NCBI GenBank assembly: GCA_001662655.1
Contig: KV460211.1
Reading direction: 5' to 3' (one strand)
DNA: 64,000 bases
From: Pseudogymnoascus verrucosus
Lineage: Eukaryota
The number at the start of each line of letters is the position of its first letter. Position 1 is the first letter of the stretch. The notes beneath the pieces are model-generated. The model saw only the letters and a program-made list of their open reading frames with translations. It ran no database searches and was not told the origin of the DNA. This document shows positions 10,481 to 21,177 of this stretch, in pieces. A program made the translations under genes and the position numbers.

Positions 10481-12712
10481 ATGGAAGGGACTTCTCTCTC
10501 AAATGTCTGCAACTGGCTTCTAGAAAATCCCTCCAAGTCTGTGGCTGTCGCTAGTCGACGTTTTGGTGTTCAAGAATCGACGATCTAGATCGTTTGGAAC
10601 GCTGGTGGTTTACAAGTTGTCGTCCGTATAAACACCGATAGAGTCCCTCATCTCTATAGCATATTGCCTGATGGATGCAAACTAGAAAATGCTACCCCAA
10701 AACGATTTGCAGACTCTTCTCTCCCTTTGGCGCAAGTTCGACGAGTTGGAGAGGGCAACGCGACTCAAAAAACCTCAAAGACACTGATAGGAAGTTATGT
10801 TTCTTCTCGTTTGAGGTACTCATCACGTTCCGAGACGAAAGGTGATCGAGAGCAGTTTTTACACATTACGTCTTACGATGAAGTCTCCAGAATTTCGGCG
10901 ACTACGCATTTCCAGGTGTTTACAGGTATCCCAGTCCTCAGGGCTTGGACAACTGTCACCAACGACTCCGACAAAAATGTCATACTCTGTCAGGCAAACT
11001 CTCTTACATTTGGGGGTATGGCTAGTTCCAAAGAATGGTGGAACGAGTATACCCTTTCGACAGCAACAAACTCATGGTTTCGAGAAGCACAATGGCGTGA
11101 CCACTCTCTTCCAGGTGTTGGTATTGACGACAATGAGATTACGGGACTTCCTGATGGCCACACAGGGTCTATGGCTAACTATTCGCTTGCGAATCGCGGG
11201 TCGTTCTCCACTGGCACCTACTTGCCCATGGGAATGTTGAAGAGAAATGACAGCAGAGATACTTGGCTATGGCAAGTGGAAAACAACTCTTCGTGGAGAT
11301 GGGAGGTTGGCGACTACAAGGATAATGTCTACATCGCGGGAGGCGGTCCCACATCAATCGACCATGATTGGAGACAAAAACTCAAACCGCATCAAACGTT
11401 CACGAGCGTGCCTATGGCCATCTGTCATGTTCTGGACACTCCAACAAATGCATTTGGTGTCCTAACCAATTACCGTCGTCGATTGAGAAGAAAACATATC
11501 GATAACGAAAAACTTCCAATTATATTCAACGATTACATGAACTGCTTGATGGGGGATCCCACCGAAGATAAAATAAAAGCCCTTCTAGGGCCAGTTGCAA
11601 GCTGTGGGGCCGAATACTTTGTGATTGATGCCGGTTGGTACGCTGATGATGGCGGATGGTGGGACGAGGTTGGACTATGGGAACCTTCTAGGTTACGATT
11701 TCCTGGAGGTTTTAAGCCACTACTCGACACCATTCGATCTCATGGGCTCATCCCCGGGGTATGGCTGGAGCCAGAAGTCATTGGCGTACGGAGCGTAGTG
11801 GCCAACCAGTTACCACAGGATGCATTCTTCCGAGAGCAAGGAGAGAGAATAATCGAAAAAGGCCGCTATCAACTGGACTATAGGCACTCTGCAGTCCGAA
11901 AGAGGATGGACGAAGTGATTGATAATCTCGTACTCAACTACGGCGTTGGATACTTCAAATTCGACTACAATATTGAAGTCGTCCAAGGGACGGACGTAAA
12001 TTCCTCTAGCACAGGGGAAGGACAATTAATGCACAGCCGTGCCTATCTGGAATGGGTCAACAAGATCTACGATCGCTATCCCGACCTGGTCATCGAGAGC
12101 TGTTCTAGTGGTGCTCAGAGAATGGACTATGCAATGCTCGCTGTTCATTCTATACAGTCCACGAGCGACCAGCAAGACCCTGTCCTATACGCCGCCATCG
12201 CAGCATCAGCACCCACAGCTGTCACTCCTGAGCAGAGCGCAACTTGGGCATATCCGCAGCCGAGCTGGAACCCAGAAATAAATGCTCTCACTGTGGTTAA
12301 TTCGCTTCTTGGGCGGGTGCATCTCAGTGGGAAGCTAGATGAGTTAAATCCAGAGGCCCTGGAGCTTATTGCGCAGGGTATGAGTGTTTATAAAAACATT
12401 AGGTCAGATCTCAGGAATGCGCTACCATTCTGGCCATTAGGATTGCCGAAATGGCATGATGACTGGTTGGCTTTGGGCATGACAACTACATCTGGCAACG
12501 TTTACTTGAGTGTCTGGCGCCGGAGCGGAACATCCTCAGCTACTTTGCCTATTGCAGAATTGAAGGAGAAGCATGGCGTAAAGGTAGAGCAGCTTTATCC
12601 TCGTGGCTTTGGAGCAGATGTAAAATGGGTTCCAGAGACCTCGTCCTTGGTCGTAGAGTTTCCCTCTGTTGTGTCCGCTCGCCTCTTCCTCCTACGAGCA
12701 AATGAGGCTTGA
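10481..12712 (+). CDS. GH36 alpha-galactosidase (melibiase-type); 5' end abnormal (in-frame TAG at 10586-10588)
   Basis: PIIFNDYMNCLMGDP, YFVIDAGW, GVWLEPE, YFKFDYN (nucleophile Asp), IESCSSGAQRMD, STSDQQD. The frame is open from 10589 to 12712; the only upstream in-frame ATG (10481) is separated from it by a TAG. Confidence 0.85.
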
Positions 12713-13008
12713 GGTTAACATTATATCGGGTATATTTATATAGAATTTAAATTGATTACTATGAGCTTGTCTACCTTCCTTTTCAGAATCTTGTTCATGT
12801 TCCTTTGTAGATTTGTACCACAACTCTAATTGCGTCATACTTTCCTAATATAGTAACGCACTTAATAAGATACTGATTAGGAGTATATCCAGTGCCAAAA
12901 TCTTAAGATATCTGTCGGCATATTAATGGAGCCGATCCATCTGACAGAAGAGAAGTAAAGAGCCTACATTGGTCGTTAAAATGAATCGCATGCTGAGAAC
13001 TTCAGCTT

Positions 13009-13066
13009 CCCCGCGAATTCCCCGCCCCCGCGAATCATCCCCGCTAATCCCCACCCCCGCCCCCGC
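13009..13066. promoter_or_regulatory. Cluster of 7 CreA/Mig1-type sites (CCCCGC/CCCCAC = SYGGRG on the minus strand) upstream of the sugar transporter
   Basis: Sites start at 13009, 13020, 13026, 13039, 13049, 13055 and 13061, in an otherwise AT-rich promoter. Confidence 0.65.
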
Positions 13067-13442
13067 AAACTTATAGCAACGTTGAAATTCGCTCATCTTT
13101 CATCCACTAATAGCTGCATTAGTTTACGGCATATTCTTAATAGAATCGCAAAAGACAGGTATGGGTTGTCTTTGATGGGCGCTAGACTTGTTTTAGTCCA
13201 ATGGCTACATCCTGGTAAATAGCTTGACTTTGTTCACTTCGATCGAAGCATTTAATATGTAAATATCCCTTCCATTCCCACTTCTCCTCTTGAACAAACT
13301 GTCAAGACGCAGCTGTTTGAATTTTACTTCACATAAATCTCATATTGAACAACAGTAAGATTCTATAAACCATCCTATATTTCTTATGTCTCACTCTACA
13401 TCTATAGTATTAACTTCTGTAATAGAATCGTGCCAAGCAGAG

Positions 13443-15171
13443 ATGGTGTCTGAGAAAAAATCGGCTGAATTCATTTATGTTGAAGATACATCAGGGCACG
13501 CTCTACATGATGTCACCTACGATGGCCGCCTTGGCGAGAAAGGGGGATGGCAAGCTTCCGTCGCTGAAGCAGCCGCTGCTAACACGGCGGAGCACGAGAT
13601 GACCGTTCGCAAGGCTTTGAGAGCATATCCTTGGGCCGTTGCCTAGGCGCTCGTGGTCTCCATGTCTGTCATTATGGAAGGGTACGATACTATCCTGATC
13701 GGATCCTTATTTGGATATCCCGCCTACCAGAGGAAGTTTGGGAATTATTTCCCAGCGACCAACAACTATCAGATTGATGGCAAATGGCAAGCTGCGCTAG
13801 GAAGCGGGCCCGTTGGTGGTTCGGTCATTGGTGCTTTCATTAATGGCTTCCTAATACAGCGCTTTGGCTTTCGTCCTGCGTTTATGGTGGGGTTAGTTCT
13901 CATGACTGCGTTCATCTTCATTTCTTTCTTTGGCAATACCATTGAGTTGCAGGTGGTCGGCCAAGTCCTTTGTGGGTAAGTCACCTGTATCCATTTTCAC
14001 AGTTTTCAATCTTAACGCTCGCAGTGTCCCCTGGGGAATCTTTGCTACCATCGGTCCTGCATATGCCTCTGAAATCTGCCCTATGTCCCTACGCGCCTAT
14101 CTCACCGCGTACACAAATATGTGCTTTGCTATCGGCCAATTTATCGGTGCTGGCGTCCTCCAAAGTCTTATCGACCGCGGCGATGAGTGGTCGTTTCGAA
14201 TTCCATTTGCTATTCAATGGCTATGGCCGCCATTTCTCATCGTTGCCTCTGTTTTTATTCCTGAGTCACCCTGGTGGCTCGTCCGACATGGCCGATTCGA
14301 AGAAGCAGAGCGCAGCGTCTCAAGACTCATGTCGAAAGCAGAGAAGCCAGCAGCGCGATCCGTTGTGGCCATGATGGTCCATACTAATGAGATTGAGAAG
14401 TCCACTACCACTGGCACATCTTACCTCGATTGCTTCCGCGGCACTGATCTCCGTCGCACAGAGATTGCATGCGTGGTTTTCCTCGGCCAGATCACCTGCG
14501 GCGCACAATTCGCATACTCGGCGACATATTTTTTTCAACAGGCTGGGCTGAATCCGGATAACGCATACAAGCTCGGGCTAGGCGGAACTGCTATTGCGTT
14601 CATCGGTACGATACTATCGTGGGGTCTGATGCGCATAGCAGGCCGCAAGCACATCTATTTGAGCGGAATGATTGGTATGGCGACATGTTTGTTCATCATC
14701 GGGTTCTTGACCCTTGCCAAGGGTAGCCAGAACGCAGTTTGGGGACAAGCAGCCTTGTGCATCATTTGGCTTCTCTGCTTCTCGCTGTCTGTTGGTCCTG
14801 TTGGCTGGGCTATCCCAGCTGAAGTTTCATCGACTCGCCTAAGGTCCAAGACTGTTGTGCTCGCAAGAAACTCTTACTACATCGTCCAAGTCGGGGCTAA
14901 CATCATCCAACCGTATATGATGAACCCGACTGAGTGGAATTGGAAAGGGAAAACTGGGTTTTTCTGGTTTGGATGGACAGTCCTTACTATTGTGTGGGTT
15001 ATCTTCAGGATGCCAGAGACAAAAGGAAGGACTTTCGAAGAGTTGGATCTGATGTTTGCAGCCAAGGTGTCGACACGAAAGTTTGCGAAATACAAGGTTG
15101 ATGCTTTTGAGGGCGAGCGAGGTGGAGTGTTAGAGTCGGAAGAGAAGGAGAATAATTCTAATAAAGATTAG
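13443..15171 (+). pseudogene. MFS sugar porter (maltose/alpha-glucoside permease-like) with premature TAG at 13644-13646; intron 13976-14024
   Basis: EHEMTVRKALRAYPWAVA*ALVVSMSVIMEGYD (Trp expected at the stop), AYASEICP, WSFRIPFAIQW, PESPWWLVR, DCFRGTDLRRTEI, EVSSTRLRSKT, PETKGRTFEELD. The rest of the frame is intact. Confidence 0.85.
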
Positions 15172-15616
15172 GGTTATTTCACTCAATACATTATTTCTCC
15201 TTTATAAATGAAACTGACTGATATAATCTGAGGTTGTTTTGTTGTGAAGGGTTGTAAGATATAACATTGAAATGCCAAAGCGTCGTAGCTCTTGTTAACA
15301 AATGACGGCAAGGTACAAACCATAGAATGCTCGAAAGGATGCAATAATTCCCAACAAATCATGACCTGTCACACCGATTTAAGATGTGGCGCAAATTCTT
15401 GGCGGGGCCGCACCAACAAATACACGGCTCGGCAGATGCAAAGTTTAAACGGGCGTTATGTTGTCGCGATATTCTGGTTTCGGTATATATTAAAATTCGA
15501 CGGAATTTGAGCTGTCGCGATACCGTCGAGAATATATTTGTATGAGCGGCGTCCTCTGATCTACATCATCAAAACGACAAGGCTTGTGATCTTTAACACT
15601 AATTCAATAGATCAAC

Positions 15617-15937
15617 ATACAAATCTACTTTTTATCATCTTCTCAGCTTCTTACCAAGACCGCTCTCGGTGCTGTCGCCGCCACCGAGCCTGCCGCTGAG
15701 CGTAGCATCGCCATTCACGCCGAGCATGTGGGCAGGACCTGCGTCGCCAATGGATGCAAGCGCATAATAAGCATTATCCCTGGGATATACTATAATAACT
15801 ACTTACTTCTACCTATCGGCAACAGAGTCGTTATTACTGCGAAGTTGGACGTCGACCACGTTTACCAGTGCTGCTCTGGTGGCTTGTATCGTGACTATAA
15901 AACGGTGAGCTATTGCATTGTGCCAGAGACCAACTAA
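15617..15937 (+). pseudogene. Eroded small secreted cysteine-rich protein gene (start ATG apparently mutated to ATA)
   Basis: Open frame from TCAAC-ATA at 15617: IQIYFL..TALGAVAATEPAAER..RTCVANGCKR..PGIYYNNY..VITAK..DHVYQCCSGGLYRDY..SYC. Tyr (TAT/TAC) stands where Cys (TGT/TGC) would complete the pattern. Confidence 0.5.
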
Positions 15938-17304
15938 GCATCGGAAATTAGGAGAGGGGTGGGTAGTATTGTGAGAAGGTGTGCGTCAGCTATAGAGGAA
16001 TAATATGTATGTTATAACACATGGAAAACGTGTGTTTGCTATAGGTATCCTAAAGGGGGGTGTGATATTAATGAAGAATATATAAATGGTAACCTGGAGG
16101 ACGTGCGCTTTCATGGATATTGCGCGGGGGTGTGTGCGTGATATTAATAAAGAGCAGACGTATAGCAACCTAGAGAACGTGCTTTTCATGGGTATTATGA
16201 TTTATAATGATGTGATAAGCCAATTACAACTTCAAAACACGTATACAGCCTTACCCTGCCCCATAACCCAACTACATGTCGTACCTCCCTGTCTTACATC
16301 AATATCATCGCAGAACCGAGGGTTTTGTTGTGCTGTCATGAACAACACGTGGATAGAACGGGGAGAGACGGAGCAGATTTCTACTCCTCATTCTTCGAGT
16401 ATGCAGGTGTAAACAAATATTCTCATGTCATTCTAGAAATCGCAAAATACCGAGGATTCTCAGGTTTTGAAGTTGTCATGCATCGCATATAGATGTATGT
16501 TAAAGACACGGGACGGCCTTAAGATGCTTCGATACCCCTCATTTCCTCAATGAAGCAGGTGTTAATCTATATTATCATCCTCGACATTCCTCTATTGGTT
16601 AAACCCTGAGGGTTGATCGCCATTGGCACGGCTCGAACGAGGGGAAAAGGGGAAGGCGGCCAAAGCCACCAATCGCTTAGCGCCAGTGCACGATTCCCCC
16701 GTGGGGAAATGCCGCCGGCATGGCCCGCACGGGAATAGATCAACAGGATTCCCCCCCCCCGCAATTACAGGGGTCCGATTGTTATTATGCTTATTGTGGT
16801 GGCGACACCATGATCCGCGCTGCATTGACAGTGACAATCTCCTGTGCAGTCTTCTAAACGAGTCATAGAGTAATGACAAGCCTCAGACAAGATCTACGTT
16901 CTCGACTGACTTCAGACGGCTTCATAGACAGATGGAGGAAGCAAGACTGATAATCCGATGAGGGGTTCATCCATCTACGCGCTCGACGAGATCTTGCACA
17001 GTAGCGGCGGCGCCAAAAGAAATATGCAGCGACAATACCTCGGAGCAGTAGCGGACGGGGTTCATGCCCAATGCGTCTTCCCAGGCAGGGCGTACGCGAC
17101 GTGCTGAGCACATGTTTGCTGAAGAACGAAGGTATCGTACAATAACACGACGAGCACATGAAAATGAGGCCTCGGCATTAATAACTATATAATGGAGTCG
17201 ATAATCCTCCGTATTACTCTCCATCGACCAGCATCACTCTCAAGCATCATCAACTACCACAATCAACAACCCATCACCACCCCAACCACCAACCAACCAT
17301 CAAC

Positions 17305-17841
17305 ATGAAGTTCTCTACCCCCCTCTTCGCCCTGGGCTTCGCCCTCACCGCCACCGCCTCCCCCCTCGAGGTCCGCGACCTCGCCACCTTCAAGACCATC
17401 ATCGCCAACATCCAGTCTGACGCCGACGCCCTCGACGTGACCATCAAGGCCTTCACCAGCGGTGACGGAGCCGCCGTCTCCGCCGCCGCCGACAAGCTCG
17501 TCGCCACCATCAACACCGGCGTGACCACCGCCAACGCACAGCCCGTCCTGAGCGACCTGGATGCGCTTGGACTCACTACCTCGGTCAACACCTGCAACGA
17601 CCACGTCACTATTGTCGTTGACGACACTATCGCCAAGAAGGCTGCCTTTACCGCTGCCTGCTTGGGCCCGGATATCCTCGCTGACCTCACCTCGCAGTTG
17701 GCGGCCGCTAAGGCGCTGGCTACTGCTGTCACTGCGAAGGTGTCGGATCTCCTGAAGCCGACTGCGGCGCAGCTTGCTGGCAAGATCTCGGCGAACATCC
17801 AGCGTGGTGTTGATGCTTACACCGGTGTTGCTGGGTGTTAG
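17305..17841 (+). CDS. Secreted HsbA/Mp1-like cell-wall protein (hydrophobic surface binding protein A family)
   Basis: Signal peptide MKFSTPLFALGFALTATASP, propeptide ending EVR, Ala/Thr-rich amphipathic helices (IAKKAAF, ALATAVTAKV), strong codon bias, CAACATG start context. Confidence 0.85.
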   Translation: MKFSTPLFALGFALTATASPLEVRDLATFKTIIANIQSDADALDVTIKAFTSGDGAAVSAAADKLVATINTGVTTANAQPVLSDLDALGLTTSVNTCNDHVTIVVDDTIAKKAAFTAACLGPDILADLTSQLAAAKALATAVTAKVSDLLKPTAAQLAGKISANIQRGVDAYTGVAGC

Positions 17842-17990
17842 ATAAATAAAAGTGGGATGGGGGAATGGTTTAAATAGGGTAGATATCTATCAACTACATG
17901 TTTGCTCTTTGGATGGATGTGTTCGAATTGGTGACTTGTTATGTGCAGTATAACTATTCATATTTAGTCCCCGACAGACGTATCACTGTC

Positions 17991-18109
17991 ACATACGACC
18001 ATAGACTCAAGAGAATTGGGCATCCCGTCCGCTCTGCCATACACAAGCTTGAGATCGGTGGATTAGTAGTTGGGTGGGTGACCACCAGCGAATACCCACT
18101 GTTGTATGT
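17991..18109 (+). rRNA. 5S rRNA (dispersed copy, intact)
   Basis: ACATACGACCATAG...CATCCCGTCCGCTCTGCCATACACAAGC...GATTAGTAGTTGGGTGGGTGACCACCAGCGAATACC...TGTTGTATGT. 119 nt, complementary ends, followed by a T-run Pol III terminator. Confidence 0.95.
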
Positions 18110-19035
18110 TTTTTTAGTTTTTTTGCCGTTTTATGTCAAAATTTTGGGGTCCCCGCAGATAAAATGATTGGGGGGAGTGGTGCTTGTATTGATTGTGTCT
18201 GCATCTTACAAAATAGCCCGTCTCCATGTAAAGGCTGACAGAAAGAGAAGCAAACAGATCTGATGAATATTTAACCAGGTCATGTCGAATGAGGCTAATC
18301 TATGCTGGATAGTTAGCTGAAAGAACATACAAATGGACTTCCCCGGCTTATCACCACGTTGCCTGGTACAAGACCAGGCCATAGAGTAAAAGGCCCCGGC
18401 ATCTCTCAAATTTTCCGTTGTGGAACGTCTGGACATTGCTCTAAGGTGTATTATTAGTAAGAACAATATTTACGGCGTGGCGGGGAATCCAATCTATCAA
18501 TCTCTACTACAACACCTTCAACCAAGATGGAGGAAAGAAATATATATATACATATATAAGAATATGAGAATATAGTACCAGTATGCCGCTATCAACCCCT
18601 CGCGCCTTGGGAGCACAGATTATGTAAAACCACTCATCCAACATCTGTATCTAGAAACGGCCAATGCACCGCCCTTACCACCCTGCTGGGTCCGTGATAT
18701 ACGTTGGTATTTGTTAGGGCTAAACTTTATATCGACGACGACAAATACGATGGTGTTGGTGTAACGTCCGGTTTCGTTATCGTTGGTGATACGATTGGGA
18801 TGAGTAGGTGGGTGTGGACTGGAGTGGTGAGATTGGTATATTAATGTGAGCGTGCTGCTGGGAAAGGCCAGAAGTCACAACTATAATTATACTCCACAGC
18901 GAAATTAAACCAGCAGGCAATCCTTGCATCAGTGACGACGCATTTCATACAGCACAGCAACAGCAGAATAATCTAGATATCGTTGTCGGCTCCCTGTTGG
19001 TTATTGCTAAATCCCATCTGCCTTCTGATCAAATA

Positions 19036-21177
19036 ATGGCAACTGAATATAGAATGGACAACAGCGGTCGAAAACCACTTTCAGTTCCTGGCTTTGGCGG
19101 GATGTCCATCTACCATGAACTTAGCGTCGACGAACGCTTCTCCGACGCTCTCACAGGATGGGAGCAAAAACCGGCCATAACCGCGCCCGAAATGGCCATG
19201 CTGCAACTATGAGCGACCTAACCGACAAGAGTGGCTGGAATGTCGACGTATTCGACAATACCATTGTTGCAAAGTGGCGCGAAGAGACGTTCCAGGCTCA
19301 GGAGGCCAGAGTAGCGCAGGGAGAAGAGCTTAAGACGCGAGTAACCAGTGAAAGAGCTTGGGACTGGTGTATTCTGGAACTTCGCGATAAAGCGCTCACG
19401 TTTGACGAGGACCGATTTGTTCGACTCTTCGACGCCGGATCTGCGGTGTGCAAGTCAGACGTTCTTGTTTCTGAATCCGCACGCCTTAAGCTGAAGGATG
19501 GCATTGCGCCACTGCTTAAACGGGCAATTTCAGATCGGAATCAAGAAACGCTTGTTGATCCTTCTCTATTCCCTTTGCCACACGGAAAGACTTCGGTGTT
19601 GACGGAGGGCCAAGTTTGCCTACGTGCTGCCATTGAGTCGTTTGGAACTGGAAAGCGCTCTCCGAGGCAGCTAGATGAGCGCTTGAACACATCTGAGGCC
19701 GATTCTAGAATAGACGCAGGTTATGCCGATGTATTTGAAAGCGACGAGACTGATGATCTCCGTCGATTCTTATGGTCGTCCAATTATCAGTTGCTTCCAT
19801 GTGAGGTTGAATTTTCTGAGTCGGGTACTGGTACCGATGTGCACATCACTTCACTACCAGTCTGTATACTACTTTGTTGAGAAGTTTATTTCGTTGGCAA
19901 TCAAGCCGTGGAATGAGTGCCGTGTTAAATGAGAGAAGGCTCGCTGGCCAATTCGGATTCGGACTTACAGCCTCACGTGGGAGCCAGAATACCCTAGGGC
20001 ATTAGTGGATAAACTACAGCAGGATCCTGCAACTGAGATCCATAAAGAAGCGATGAAAGAGGCAGAAGGGTTTTTCAAGCTTCCGAATCGCGGCGGATCA
20101 GTTCAACCATCAGCAGACCTTCCAGAGGACTTGGCTAGGTATCCAAATATGTATGTTAGTGCTAAGTGGAAAGATCTATATACACTAAATGTTCCGGAGC
20201 CTGGCATATCGTTCTCATATGATGATTGGAAGGACGGTCGAAATGGAGCGGCGATTAAGGAAAAGTGCAGTTGCTACAAACCAAAATCGAGCGCGCCTAC
20301 TCAACCAGACCTCGATCACGAGTTTTACTCTGTTAGATTAGAGGATACGTTTCGTGACCAGGGCTTACAAGTTATTGTCAAGATCGGTAGCGTTACGCCG
20401 TCACATACTAATAGTTACTGGCACATGGATAACACTCTAAATTAGCATATAGTTGCCACAGCTATATACTTCTACGACGTTGAGAACACGACGGCGGCGG
20501 AGATGAAGATCTCCTTTCGCCAAAGAGCATATATGGGCCAGGATGATTATCACTATAATCGATCAGACTGGCCTGCCTTTCCAAGTAAATTCGAGGTTCC
20601 CAGAGAAGACATCGAATCAATGCTCGGCTTCAAAGAGAAAAGCAACCTGTTCGCCCTAACGACACAGGAGATTGGGTATATATCTGCGGTACAAGGACGC
20701 CTCATTACATGGCCTAGCACACTACAATATCGTTTTGAGCAAGCTACACTAGCCGATGGCGCATCCGAGATCTCGAGCTCATCCTCTCCAAGGTTGCCTT
20801 CGCCGCCTCCCTCTTTGACTCCGACGGCATCAAAGTCCGCTTCATCGACAGTTCCAGAGTATTGCCGATTCGTGATGTTATCGTTGGTAGATCCACATTA
20901 TCGCATATGCTCGACGAGGAATGTGCCTCCACAGGAGCATGCGTGGTGGGCAGAGGAAGTCCATAACATACTTGCCTTGTGTCGAATACCCTTGGAGGTG
21001 GCGGTGATGATTACGGAAATGACGGGTGGTTGGCCGGTCAGTGTGGATGAGGTGAGGCTTCAGCAGGAGCAACTCTTGAGGGAGCGCAAGTGGGTTATAC
21101 GATACTTTATATTGCGTGTGCTAATGCCGGATATGTATTTATATATAAACGCGTATATTAGAACAACACTTTTGTAG
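19036..21177 (+). pseudogene. DUF4246-family pseudogene (multiple frameshifts and stops)
   Basis: Family-like blocks in different frames: MSDLTDKSGW..VFD..IVAKW, WDWCILELRDKA, LVDPSLFPL, WSSNYQLLPCEVEF, GLQVIVKI, WHMDNTLN*HIVATAIYFYDVEN, GRLITWP, LVDPHYRICSTRNVPPQ. Lesions near 19210, 19860-19880, 19930 and 20443. Confidence 0.8.

Noticed and set aside
17991..18109. 5S rDNA as a Starship (giant transposon) insertion site or boundary
   Set aside because: The gene is full-length and uninterrupted, and no tyrosine-recombinase captain gene or split 5S half is visible in the window.
10586..20445. Genome-wide TAG reassignment suggested by in-frame TAGs at 10586, 13644 and 20443
   Set aside because: The expected residues differ (Trp versus Glu), the DUF4246 gene also has frameshifts and a TGA, and TAG terminates intact genes here (17841, 45500).
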